This document shows positions 1-13,719 of a stretch of 64,000 nucleotides of DNA, one piece after another. Numbering within the stretch: position 1 is the first letter of the stretch; each line of letters begins with the position of its first letter. Source of the stretch: the human T2T-CHM13v2.0 reference genome, Homo sapiens; the NCBI RefSeq assembly GCF_009914755.1, contig NC_060936.1. The stretch is one strand, 5' to 3'. The position numbers and the translations under genes were made by a program. Below the pieces are notes generated by a model. The model was not told where the DNA came from and made no database searches. It worked only from the letters and a program-made list of their open reading frames with translations.

Positions 1-189
1 CTATTCTTACTCCACAAAGGTAATTCTTAAGAGTTCTGACTTTTCTAGTTCCAGTTCCAGTTCAGTTGCTCTTTGTCAATCTCAAAGAGCCCTTTAGAGA
101 AAAAGTAGAGATACTCATGGCCATTGACAGAGATGTTACAGTTCAGGCTCACCTTCATCACTTTGAAAAAGATGAACTAAAATTATCTT

Positions 190-930
190 TTCTATGAAAT
201 TGACCAACATAAAAATAGAATGATAACAAGTGGTGGTGAGGGTTTAGCAAATCACTCTCATACATTATTGGTAGAAGATTAAATTGATACAGCCTATGCC
301 ATGAGCAATTTGACATTACGTATCAAAAGCCTTAAAATGTTCACATCCTCTAACTTATTAACATCATCTCTAGAAATTTGCCATAAAGGGAAAAAATAGT
401 GTAAACACAAAGATGTTATGAAAATGTTTATTACAACATTGTATATAATTGTGAAAAATTAGAAACCACAAAAATATTCAACAAAAGTGAACTGGATGAA
501 TAAACTATGGTACATCAAAATGATGAAATACTTTGCAATCATTGAAAGATGTTATGGAATTGTGTTTGTTAACATTATAGATATGTAAAATATGTTGTTG
601 AACAGAAAAAAAACAGAGTCCAAACAATATGTAAAGTATGGTGACCTTTTGATTTAAAAACATGGATATAGAGTTTGTGTGAATTTTCGTATACATATAT
701 ATATAGAGAGAGAGAGAGAGAAAGAGAGAAAGAGAGAGAGGGAGAAAACCATCTGGGAGGTTATACATCAAAATGCTAATGCTAATCTAGAGTGGCAAGA
801 TTATGGGTGGTTTTTATGCTTTTACTTGTGTTTTCTGTTTTTTTTGTCTTTATGTAATACATACTACAATAATATATATCTCCATACATATTATGTAATT
901 AAAACATAATAAAAGTTATTTATAAGGTTT
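190..930 (+). mobile_element. Old L1 (L1ME-like) ORF2 3' end / 3'UTR remnant
   Basis: Decayed L1 3' motifs such as 'ctctcatacattattggtagaag', 'atgtttattacaacattg' and 'gaataaactatggtacat'. Boundaries approximate. Confidence 0.65.
690..745. repeat. (TA)n(GA)n compound microsatellite
   Basis: Seen directly in the sequence. Confidence 0.9.
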
Positions 931-950
931 TTTACATTAAGAAAACATAG

Positions 951-1428
<478 letters not shown>

Positions 1429-4112
1429 TCACAGATAATATATCAGAAAATGTGTGCATTACAGTAAGTTGTGCTTTTTAACAATTGAAAACAACCTTAT
1501 ATTTTTATGAGACAAAGAACAATGTTATTTCGTATATCTTTTTTCACAATATGAGGCTAGCACATTTTTCCCCAAAGATTATCTACCAATTGTGGTTTGC
1601 ATAAACCACTGGGTAATGGGAAATGGGGAGCTTCATTTGGCCATGGGAAGAAGATGAGAAAACTCCTGCATTTTGACAAAATAACAGAAAGCCTACTTAG
1701 GTACCAAGAATGCTTCAGCCTGAAGGCCACTGAGGCATGGCCCATGGAAGAACTCAGTAGATAAAGCAGCAAGAAAAATGGTCCAGACCCTCATTTCTAT
1801 AAGGGCAATGTAGGCTCATGGAGCATACTTAAGAAGGCCCGTAAGTATACAAAAGATACATTCACGTATAGAAGCTCAGGATTAACATTGTAAACTTTTT
1901 ATTTAAATTAAGCCTTTATAGTAGCTTTTACAGACAAGGAGGCCTATAAAAATGCAGGAAAAAAGCACTAATATATTTCTCTGTGCTGTGGTTAAAATTA
2001 AGTCTCGAAGGAGGAAAACAACCTAGTTTTTTCCCCTTATTTTGGCTTCTAGTTTTCGTTTTTCTAAGCAATTATTTTCTAATTCAGTTGCCTAGTAAGA
2101 ATTTTCAGGTCAAAAATGAAGAAAGGTACTTTGTAAAATGAAGAACTAGCATTATGTCAAATTAAAGTTTGGCCCTTTGCAGTGAATGAAGCATTTTCTA
2201 TATAGAAATCCACGGCTGTGACACAGAGGTTAATTTTTTTTAATTTTTCTTTTTTTCTTTTTTTTTCTTTTTTTTTTTTTTTTGGTTCTTTCTGATGAAA
2301 CTTCTGTCTCTTTTTTTCCTGCTGGTTGTTATTGTGTCTCAGAATTGAATGTGACCCACAGTACTTTGCCACTTCTTCTCTCTCTCTTTTTTTTTTTTTT
2401 TTTTTTTTGTAATGTATGACAGTAACTACTACACAAAGTTTGCTCTGTAAAGCCGCAATTGTGTGAGGCTGGTGTTCACTTGGAATGTTGGTACAGTATA
2501 TGTCACCGTGTACAGGTCCCTGGTCCCCTTTTCTATCTTGGCTTTGAAAAACCTTGTTCAACCATTACAAGAAAGAACAAAATGCCCAGAAACATGGGAG
2601 AAAAGATTGCAGAGAAAGTCTGTTTACCCAAGACACATGGACCAGCAGCAGTCAAGATAGCCTAACCAACTTTGTGGTTTAACTTTTCTTAAAGTAGAAA
2701 CCACAGGACAAAGCTCATGGAAAACAATAAGAGAAATAAATGTTGGTAGCATCCCCTCCCTTTTTTATTAGTCATACAGAAGAGAACCATTGAATTTTAG
2801 AAGGACAAGTACAGATGGTAGAATCATATCTTTTTCTATATATTATTGATGAGTGACAATAAGTCAGATGGAAAAATGAATTCACTCCATTCAATAAAAG
2901 CAAACAATGCAGATTTCTGGAATTGGATCCTTACTGTGGTGTGACAGAACCATGGTCAAGTTTATGTGTGGGTCTACTAGAAGTCCAACTATTTTAGGTT
3001 CTTACAATTAAAAGGTCTTACTAATTAATAAAGATCACTATTATATTTCTCACTCTATGATTCTATCAAGAGTCAAGCCCTTAAATTTGACTTCGGTGTT
3101 ACCAATCTCAGACCAAAGTATGTTTTGCTTTCATTCAAGCCACCCCCATAGTTCTAATTACATTTTAAAAATGCCTAATTTATAACCTTGATTTATTATG
3201 GTCTAGCTTGGCCCACACTATACTGATCTTTTTTGATGGTTAGACTTACATCATGATGGTCTAGTTCAATTTCTTCCTTTAGTGCTATTTATTGTTCCCT
3301 GAGTCTCTGGACCATGGAGTGAGCAGATGCTAAACCAAGTTCATCCTAACTAATGGATTTGCTAGCAGATGTAAATCATAGTGCTCGTTTGAGTAAAATG
3401 TAATATCTTAGAATAAAACCAATAAATAAATTGGCATTAGTTTAATATTACTCCAATATTTCTTTAATTGTCTCTATAATGTAACACATTTAAACACTTA
3501 ACTGTGGAATAATTTACTTAATCCATGTGGAAAGTGAAACTATTACCTACTCTGGTGAATTAAGTGTTATTAAAAAATCATGCTCAATCTTGAACCTGTT
3601 AAAATTAAGACTAGAGAAACTCTAGAACAAGCTCCCTGAGATGTATATGCATCCAGAAAATTATTTGCCCATTATAACTCATGAAGGAATTTGTATATTA
3701 TAACATGTCTTGATACAAATTTATATTAAGACTGCAAATCTGTAGAGTTGGACTAGTCAGTGTATAATCCTTTATTCTTGTTGATCCTGAAAATCAAGTT
3801 GTCTTTGTAGAGGGTCAGGTGGCCCACATACCCAACTACTTGATACCTAAATATTTACTTGTCTTCAGAAATCTATTTTGGGGTCCAACGGAAGCAAAAC
3901 CATTTTCAAAGACTGGGATTAAATTGCATCCTCCTCTCGTTGATTTTCAAAAAAATTCCCCTGCTCAGAATTAGTTCTCTGTAAGTAGCATAACAAAAAT
4001 TTTTATTCTAAATTTGGGACCATAAAATGTGGTGATTCTTAAACTGTGCTTCCACAGAACATTGTATGATAAAGGTTGCCCCAAGAGGTTCTACCACTAA
4101 AAGTAATATATT

Positions 4113-4215
4113 TAGGGTTACCAGTTTAGCAAGTAAAAATGCAGGACACCCAGTTAGATTTGAATTTCTGATAAACAATGATTTTTTTTAGTATAAAGAA
4201 ATATAAGTATGTCCC
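4113..4215. mobile_element. MER53 hAT MITE, one arm only
   Basis: 'tagggttaccagtttagcaagtaaaaatgcaggacacccagttagatttgaatttctgataaac...ataagtatgtccc' matches half of the palindromic MER53 consensus as I recall it. Confidence 0.75.
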
Positions 4216-4249
4216 TTTGCCTTCTGTAAATGTCCAAGAACTAACCTAG

Positions 4250-4609
4250 TGATATGGTTTGTGTCCCCACCCAAATCTTATCTTAAATTGCAATCCCAGG
4301 TGTTAAGTGAGACACTTGGTGGGAGGTGATTGGATTATGGGGGCGGTTTCCCCATGTTGCTCTCATGATAGTGAGTGAGTTCTCATGAGATCTGATGGTT
4401 TTATAAGTACCTGGCATTTCCCCTTCTCGCACTTCTCCCTCCTGCCACCATGTGAGAAGGTCCAAGCTTGCTCCCCTTTGCTTTCTGCCATGATTGTAAG
4501 TTTCCTGATGCCTCCGCAGCCAAGTGGAATTGTAAGTCAAACCTACTCCCTTTATAAATTACCCAGTCTTGGGTATTTCTTTATAGCAGTGTGAAAAAGG
4601 ATTAATACA
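4250..4609 (+). mobile_element. THE1D-like MaLR solo LTR
   Basis: Runs tgatatggttt...taataca. Exact 5-bp TSD cctag at 4245-4249 and 4610-4614. Confidence 0.92.
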
Positions 4610-5224
4610 CCTAGTCATAAAATTAAGATTTCATTTTTTTATTCACTCTATGTTCCTTGATTGAAGAAGCATCTTTAAGGTTTAAATTAGTAAGTCTGGG
4701 AATGTTATAACTCACAGATGTATCAATGAAATATTGCTCATTATTTTTTATAACATCCTTCCCCTATATGATAGCTTATTTTCCCACCCATATTAAAATT
4801 TTCCAGTTAGCTCAAATCTAGGAAATTTATATAAGTATATTTTGCAGGATGAATTGTTAAACCAAAAATTTCAGGTATATATATGCTCCTAAAATTTAAG
4901 ATTATGCCATAAGTTAATAAATCTCTGTCACTGCTGATATTTGGGGATTGATTTATTTTTTAATTTGAAAATTTAGTAGAGAGTATTGAGTACCTGGTTT
5001 ATGTTAGGCACTAGGGATACAAATATAAAGTAACATCCCCTCCATCAGGAATCTCACAATTAAATAGGCAAAAGCAGAAACAGCTATGTGTAAGAAAGTG
5101 TCAACGATGCTATAAAACTTCAGAAACATCCACACAAATTTGATACTTGTGTTAAGAATACATATTCTAGAAAACTGAAGCACTTCTGAAAGTGATTAGG
5201 TAAAGCATTTTTAAAATTAGCTTT

Positions 5225-5410
5225 TATTGACTGCACACCATAGGCTAGCCACTGTGCTAATTTAGGTTAATCCATAATATAATGAATCCTTATAATTCTG
5301 TGACATAGACAATGTTACTATTCCTTTTTCAGATGAGGAAACTGAGGCAGAGTGAAGCAGAATCACTTATTCCAGTACATGCATCTACTAAAGGGTGGCC
5401 CAAGAGATTC
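5225..5410 (-). mobile_element. MIR
   Basis: MIR core 'cagatgaggaaactgaggc'. Confidence 0.7.
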
Positions 5411-5715
5411 CTGCTATGAATAGAAGAAACCAGGATATAGGATTGAGTCAAAGTGACCTGTAGTTTTTGTTTCTTCTGAGAAAATTCACTTATGGATCAG
5501 AGCCTCTATTTCTAATATAAAAAAATACTGGAATGATCAGAATATTGTTGGAGCAATTCCCGACTATATCTGAGTTCTTCTCTTTTGGACTGACTCATAT
5601 ACATATATTTTTCATCATCACCATTTTGCTCAAGAAAATTCTCATAGATTACAGCCTTAACCTGTATATGAAGATTTCCTCAGCATCAATTAAAACATCG
5701 GAAGGGAGTGTATCT

Positions 5716-5992
5716 GTTTTTTTGAGATGGAGTCTCACTCTGTCACCCAGGCTGGAGTGCTTGGCTCACTGCAACCTTCACCTCCCAGGTTCAAGCGATT
5801 CTCCTGCCTCAGCACCCTGAGTAGCTGGGATTAGAGGTGCACGCCACCACGACTGACTAATTTTTGTATTTTTAGTAGAGATGGGGGTTTCACCATGTTG
5901 GTCAGGCTGGTCTCGAACTCCTGACCTCGTGATCTGCCTGCCTCAGCCTCCCAAAGTGCTGGCATTACAGGCGTGAGCCACCACACCCAACC
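5716..5992 (-). mobile_element. AluS (AluSg-like)
   Basis: Antisense Alu with a short internal deletion after 'ggagtgc'. TSD ggagtgtatct at 5705-5715 and 5994-6004. Confidence 0.93.
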
Positions 5993-6019
5993 AGGAGTGT
6001 ATCTTTCAAAGTGATTAAC

Positions 6020-8787
6020 ACTGGAAGACACCCAGATGGCTTCACCAATGAATTAATTCACACATTTAAGAATGAGATAATATCAATTCTGCACAAACTC
6101 TTTCAGAGTATATATATATATATAGAAAGAATACTTTCCAGCACCTTAGGAGGCCTAAATAGCTTCAATTATAAAACTCAACAAGAACATTTCAAGAAAG
6201 AAAAATTACAGATCAATATATTTTATACAAATAGGTATAAAATTATTTTAAAATTAAGTTCAAATATATAAACTGCCATTTATAGTTCAAGTATGGTAAA
6301 ATGTCAGCAATCTCACATGGTTCAAATCAACATAGCAAACTGGATCTAGTTATCTTTAAGAACCTAATGAGCTTTGAAAAAGATCAATGTAAATCACACA
6401 AAAAAAGAAAAATAAATGAACATTTTGATAGATGCAGAAAAAATATCTGATCAGATTTAACACTCAACCATGGTAACAACTCTTGGGTAACCTAGTTATA
6501 GATACATTAGTTAATAAAGAATATTATGTTAAGCAGAATTCTATGATCTCCAAGATTCCCACACAATTGTATGTAAGCTCTGTACAATTCTCTCTTATTG
6601 AGTGTGGGCAAAAGCTCACACTCAGTCCCAGGATTAAGTTACTAATCACTTGATGTTGTCTTAATTGAAAGGCAGATTACCCAGGTAGGCCTGACTTAAC
6701 CAGATGAGTCATTAAAGGGAGTGGGACCTCCCTGAAGTCCAAGAAATTTGATGCAGGGGAGATTCTCCTTTGCTGGCTTCAAAAATGGAAGAAGCCAAAT
6801 GGCTAGGATTTGAAAGTGGCTGCTGAAAGTTTAGAGAAAACCCCAGCCAATAGCCAGGAAAACAACAACAACAGAGACCTCAATGGTACAACTGAAAGGA
6901 ACTGAATTCTGCTAATGAATGACCTTGGAAGAGAATCAAGAGCTCCAGAGAAGTACCTAGCCACAGGTTGACACCTTAATTTTAGCCTTGTGAGACCCTG
7001 AGCAGAGTATCCAGTTGAACCCTGCCCAGATGTATGGCATAGAAAAGTGAGATAATGACTTTGTATTGTTTTGAGTTGCTGAATTTATGGTAATTTGTTA
7101 TGCAGCAGTAGAGAGCTAAGGTAAACAAGTACCTAAAAATCTATAGAGAACATCATACTCAATGGCAAATATTGCAGACCTTCCTGAGATCAGGAATGCA
7201 TTTTCACTATTTCCACTCATTACGGTACTGGCCATCCTAGCAAATGCAACAAAACAAATAAACAAAATAAATAAATAAAAATCACAAATATAGGAAAAAA
7301 TGAATAAAACTGTCATTGTTTACAGACTACATGATTCTGTACCTAGAATACTAGACTATCCAAAAAAATCTACAAACTTTAAGAATTGACAATAAATATA
7401 GCAAGGTTGCTGAGTCCAATGTCAATAAACGACAATAATTTTTTTTCTTATAATGCAATATAGTAATCATATTTTGTGGCTAATAAGCAACAAAAAGTAG
7501 AAAATAAAATTTTAAAATATTATTTATGCTTGCATGAAAAAGCAGACACATGTGAGAAGTATGAAAAATGTGTAAGACTTTTATACTAAAAGCTATAAAA
7601 TATTTAAATAAAGGGGATCTAAACAAATAGAAAGTCATACCATGTTCATGAATTGGCTCAATATTGGAAATCCATCAAATCCCCCACAAACTAACCTATG
7701 TACTTAATGCTTTCCCAATATAAACTCCAGCAGTTTTTACTTTTTCTGATAAAATTAACTAGTTCTAAAACTCATATGGGAATGCAAAAAGTCCAAAAAG
7801 AGCAAAAAAAGGTATTGTCACACATCAGCTAGGTAGGGAAAGAATGGTCTTTTCAATAAATGGTTCTGTGTCTATTAAATAGCATTACAGAAAAACAAAT
7901 GTGTCCTAACTCTTACTTTACATTGTGTACCAAATTAAATTCCAGATATACTGCAGATTTAATTATGAAGGAAAAAACTACAAAGCATTTGGAGGAAAAA
8001 ATACAGCAGAACATCTTTCTCACTTGGGAGTAGCAAATATTTTTTAAGACATGACACACAAGGCACATCTCTAAAAGATACACATTGTTAAATCAAACTA
8101 TATTATAATTAAAATGGTGTGTTCTTCAAAAGACACAAATACAACAGTTAAAAGGCAACCTACAGAGTGGGAGAAGATATTTTAATAAATATATTCAACA
8201 AATAACTCATATTCTAAACTTATAAAGAACCTCACAAATCAATTTTAAAAATAGGCATTCCCAATAGAAAAAGAAACTGAAAATGTGAACAAATACTTTA
8301 TAAAAGAGGATCTTCCATGGCTAACAAATTTATTAAAAGGTGCTCAAATTCATTTATAATCAGGGATATCCAAGTTAAAACTAGCGTATACCCACTAGGA
8401 TGACCAAAATAAAAAAGACAGACCAGTATCTAAAAGGATGTGGAACAACTGAAACTCTAATACACTAATGGCAGGATGGTAAATTGGTGCAACCATCTCG
8501 CAAACTGTTTGGGAGTATCTATAATATCTAAATATCTGCATATCCTCTCACTCATCAGTTTCTCTACTAACTGTGTGCCTAACAGAAATTCATGCATATA
8601 CTCACCAGAAAACAAGTACCAGAATATTTCATAGCATCGCTATTCACAGTAGTCCAAAACTATAACTTTCAAAATCTCCATCAACAGCAGAATGAATAAG
8701 TAAATTGTGGTATTTTCATACAGTGCAGTACTAGACTGTAGTAAGATGGAACAATCTACACAGACATACAAGAGTGTGGACAAATCT

Positions 8788-8818
<31 letters not shown>

Positions 8819-9125
8819 GAATGTGGAGGAAAGAAGCCAGACCCATGAGTTAAAACTATATGGTTCCATTTTCGTAAAAAGTAAAAAATAGCATAACTAA
8901 TTATTGTTGACAAATATCAAGCTGGTGGCTACTCTTGTAGAAGGCAGGTGATTGGATGGGGCATGGAGTTGGAGAATGAGTTTCTGGTATGCTGGTGAAT
9001 GCTCCCTTTCTTAATTTAAAAGAGGTTATTCAGCTGGGTTTTGTTTGTGAAAATTCATCAACCTATGTAATTGTGATAAGTCTGCTTTTTTGTTGGAATA
9101 TTATACTTTGATAAAAAGTAAAACT
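6020..9125 (+). mobile_element. Old L1M (L1MD/L1ME-like) ORF2-to-3'UTR remnant, interrupted by an MLT1 LTR
   Basis: ORF2-like motifs ('cccagatggcttcaccaatgaatt', 'gatagatgcagaaaaa', 'aaggcaacctacagagtgggagaagatattt') and L1M 3'UTR motifs up to about 9125. Confidence 0.75.
6527..7121 (+). mobile_element. MLT1E-like MaLR LTR
   Basis: MLT1 3' motifs 'gccttgtgagaccctgagcagag' and 'ggtaatttgttatgcagcagtag'. Confidence 0.75.
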
Positions 9126-10408
9126 TAAAAACGAGCAAACAAAAAAACCCAACACCTTGGAAGCAGTTCAGGTACCCATCAGCATCATGAGGTTTACAGA
9201 AGAAGCCAGCTCATCCACACTGGATAAGAGGTTCCATCCTAGTTTTACATTCCATCAAATTTTTTTTTTCAGAAATGCAAAACATTTCTAACTTGTACTC
9301 TGAGAAATGCAAATCAAAGGAAGAAATATCAGTAACATGGAAAATACTTATGATAGAATGTTGAATGAAAGGAAACAGACCAAAATAATAATAGCAACTG
9401 TTTTGGATATAAAAAGGTGGATTCATTCTTTCTCTTTCAACTCATTTATATTTTGCCGATTTTCTATACTAGGGAAAAATTAGTTTTATGAGGGGAAAAA
9501 AGGAGGAAATTCCGTTTTTTTCCATAAGACAGAAACATTATGCTCAGAAAAAAACAAAGAGAAAAAATAATGTTTGACGTAATCTTTGCTGGCTAAAAAT
9601 AACTTTTTATTTAAAAAGTGAGTCGAATTTATGGATTATACATTTGCAACTGTCTACTGGCTTTGGCTCTACTTTACATTTCATGTGTCTGGAATAAAAT
9701 TCACCCTCCTCATACCATTACTACTTGAAAAATACTTAGTCCTGTGTATTATCAGTGAACTGGTGCCCAAAGCGAAACCTCCCCCACTCCTCTTTTCACA
9801 GTGGTAAATCAGTATAAAGCCCACTGCAGAAATTTGTGTGGAACTAGAAATTTAGCTGGAAATGTACCACAATATACCAGTCTTTCTTTTCTATACTCAT
9901 GGCCCCTTTCTTAGTTTAGGCCCTTGAAGATAATGCTTGGACAATTACCTCCTAAATTATTTTCTTGCCAGTAATTTATCTTTTCCCCAGCACCACGGCC
10001 AAATCACAGCTCTGAGTGGGGAACCACATTTGAACAGGTGAGTTTGGTGGTAGGTGGTATGCACCTCCAATTGGCATGAGACCTCAAGCTGTTGGGAATG
10101 TCACATTTTTGTGGTTATTCAATGGTGAAAGGTAAATATTTACAAATTTGTCAATTTGGGCCCTCCAATGTGTCTTCTATATAAGCTATAAGGCAACTAA
10201 TAACAAAGAAAGCAGAAAAAACAATGGTGAGCTGATTCTATGAGCACATAATGAGTTTTATAACAAAATAACGGTGGGGACACATTGGAGCTGCTGCTCC
10301 CTGTTTGGAAGCCTCTCTCTCTCCCAGAGAGCACATTGGGATGCTCATGGCTAATTCAGGTTATTTCTAAAGATTTTATTAAGAGTACTTGCTGGTGGGT
10401 TACCATTT

Positions 10409-10691
10409 TATATGTATGTGTGTGTCTGTATACATATATATACATACATATGTATATATACACATACATACATACATATGTATATATACACATACTTGTA
10501 TATATACATATACAAGTGTATATATATACATATTGCATATGTAAATGTGTACAAGTATGTGTATATATACATATAGTAAAAATAGTACATATACATATAC
10601 CAGTATGTGTATATATAGATATGTGTGTATATATACATATATACATATATGAGTGTATATATACATATATACATATATGTGTGTATATATG
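10409..10691. repeat. Long degenerate (TA/CA/TG)n simple repeat
   Basis: About 280 bp of tatatacatatgtg-type units. Confidence 0.95.
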
Positions 10692-11061
10692 CCTCCTTTG
10701 AAACAAGTTGTGCCTTTGTATTCTTCTACATCTTACATTTAATTTTGTATTACTGTAAAATATTTTCTAATTATGAACATTTTATTATGAACATTTGTTA
10801 ATATTATTTTATATTAATCATGAATAATTATCAATAGCAATAATTTTATTAAGTAGTGTTATAATTATAATTTATATTCTGTATTTATTCACAGACTAGT
10901 CCCTTCTGCCTTCTGGGCAGGTCACATCTGAAAGATTATCCTCTTTGAATCAGTTTGAATGTTCTAGTGACCAGGCCACACAGTTTCTCTTGACATTTAA
11001 AAATGTAAGTTGTTCCACCCAGCCACAGAAGCATACCTAATGTATGATTCTTATTTATTTA

Positions 11062-11303
11062 AAGGCGAAAACAGACCAAGCTAATCTATGGTGTTATAAG
11101 TCAAGATGGTGGTTGCATTTGGGGGTGGTAGTGACTGAAAAGGGGCATAAAGGTGGGGGCAGGGCTTCAGGAGTGCTATAATGGACTTTGTTCTCAATGT
11201 GGGTGCAGATTGCATGAGTGGGTTCTGATTGTAAAAATTCACCAAGCTGTGTGTTTTAATGTGCAATTATGTGAATAAATATTACACTCCAATAAAAAGT
11301 GAA
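11062..11303 (+). mobile_element. L1ME-like 3'UTR terminus
   Basis: 'ctaatctatggtgttataagtcaagatggtggtt...aaaattcaccaagctgt...tattacactccaataaaaag'. Confidence 0.7.
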
Positions 11304-12606
11304 TTTTTTTCTTCTAAAAAAAATGGGATACATGTGTAGAACATGCAGGTTTGTTACATAGGAAAATGTGTGCCATGGTGGTTTGCTGCACCTATTGACC
11401 TGTCCTCTAAGTTCCTTCCTCTCATCCCCGACCCCACAACAGGCCCTTGTGTGTGTTGTTTCTCTCTGTGTCCATGTGTTCTCATTGTTCAACTCCCACT
11501 TATGAGTGAGAATATGCGGTATTTGGTTCTCTTTTTCTGTGTTGGTTTGCTGAGGATGATGGCTTCCAGCTTCATCCATGTCCCTGCAAAGGACATGATT
11601 TCATTCCTTTTCATGGCTGCATAGTATTCCATGGTGTATACAGACCACATTTTTTTATCCAGTCTATCATTGATGGGCATTTGGGTTGGTTCCATGTCTT
11701 TGCTATTGTAAATAATGCTGCAGTAAACATATATGTGCATGTGCCTTTATAGTAGAATGATTTATATTCCTTTGGGTATATATCCAGTAATGGGATTACT
11801 GGGTCAAATGGTACTTCTGGTTCTAGATCCTTGAGGAATCGCCACACTGTCTTCCACAATAGTTGAGCTAATTTACATTCCTACCAACAGTGTAAAAGCG
11901 TTCTTATTTCTTCACAGCCTCGCCCGCATCTATTATTTCCTGAATTTTTAATAATCACCATTCTGACTGGCATGAGATGGTATCTCATTGCAGTTTTGAT
12001 TTGCATTTCTCTGATGGTCAGTAATGTTGAGCTTTTTTTCATGTTTGCTGGTCACATAAATGTCTTCATTTGAGAAGCGTCTGTTCATATCCTTTGTCCA
12101 CTTTTTGATGGAGTTGTTTGTTTTTTTCTTTTAAATATGTTCAAGTTCCTTATAAATTCTGGATATTAGACCTTTGTCAGATGGGTAGATTGCAAAATTT
12201 TTCTCCCATTCTGTAGGTTACCTGTTCACTTTGATGATAGTTTATTTTGCTGTCCAGAAGCTCTTTAATTAGATCCCATTTGTCCATTTTGGCTTTCGTT
12301 GCAATTGCCTTTGGTGTTTTAGTCATGAAGTCTTTGCCCATGCCTATGTCTTGAATGGTATTGCCTAGGCTTTCTAATTGGGTTTTTATGGTTTTGGGTT
12401 TTACATTTAAGTCTTTAATCCATCTTGAGTTAATTTTTGTATAACGTGTAAGGAACAGGTCCAGTTTTAGTTTTCTGCATATGGCTAGCCAGTTTTCCCA
12501 GCACCGTTTACCGAATAGAAGATCCTTTCCCCAATGCTTGTTTTTGGCAGGTTTGTAGAAGATCAGATGGTTGTAGGTGTGTGGTGTTATTTCTGAGGTC
12601 TCTGAG
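11304..12606 (-). mobile_element. 5'-truncated L1PA (L1PA8-like), about 1.3 kb
   Basis: Antisense L1PA 3'UTR plus ORF2 C-terminus (ORF ...MFTAALFTIAKTWNQPKCPSMIDWIKK). Flanked by an exact 27-bp direct repeat at 11277-11303 and 12607-12633. Confidence 0.93.
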
Positions 12607-12904
12607 AAATATTACACTCCAATAAAAAGTGAAAAATTTAGAAGTATTTTGTTCAAGTCCTTTTCTATAAATGATTTGCAGAAACATGACCATATATGTT
12701 AAATGGTATGGAAATTCAGAAATAGTAATTTCATATAATTCTGTTATACTCTGAAAGTTTCTTGATTCATTACTCTCTCACAAAGAAATATTTTCTTATG
12801 ATTTTTTAAATTTTCACTCTATTATGTTTCAAAAGAGGATATTAAGAAACAATAAAAAAGTATTTTCATTCTGGTGGTAAGAATGCCAATCATAAAAATA
12901 ACAA

Positions 12905-13110
12905 CTACCACTTTTTGAATGTTTATTATACATCACAAGCATTGCGTGGATTATCTCTGATATTCCCAATGTCTGATGAGATGAATTTTGTTATTTTCTT
13001 GCAGATGGGATAACTGAGGCTCAGAGACTTTATTTAATTTTCCCAAGTCCAGGTAGATTTATGTCAGGTTTCATTCCCAAACCTGTTCTTCTGGCACCAC
13101 ATCACATTGC
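12905..13110 (-). mobile_element. MIR
   Basis: 'cagatgggataactgaggctcagaga'. Confidence 0.65.
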
Positions 13111-13394
13111 CCATGGGTCTGTTTCTCACAAAAATGCCAGTTCACTGAAATATACCACGAAGATAGCTTCTGCGCTGACCACTCAGCACTGTAGAGACTT
13201 GGAACACATTCGCTTCCATTTCTAAGGATTCCTAAGGAACCCTTAGGCTGTGGATGTTTTTGTCTTTGTTTTTAACCTTATCTTCCTAAGTTAATATCCC
13301 TCCTAAGTACTTAGATAGAGCTTGAAGCACCATGAAAATGTATTGGAGATTCAATTTCATCTTCTGCTTTGTAAAAATATAAAAATGGATTGAT

Positions 13395-13719
<325 letters not shown>

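Noticed and set aside
2481-2488. 'tggaatgt' resembling the 5' end of miR-1/206
   Set aside because: Only 8 nt match, the rest differs, and no precursor hairpin is evident.
2157-2561. 134-aa lysine-rich ORF
   Set aside because: The poly-K comes from homopolymer tracts and there is no recognisable domain.
4113-4215. miR-1302-type hairpin from MER53
   Set aside because: Only one arm of the palindrome is present, so no hairpin can form.
10285-10706. Overlapping Y/I/H/T-rich ORFs
   Set aside because: These are translations of the TA/CA simple repeat.
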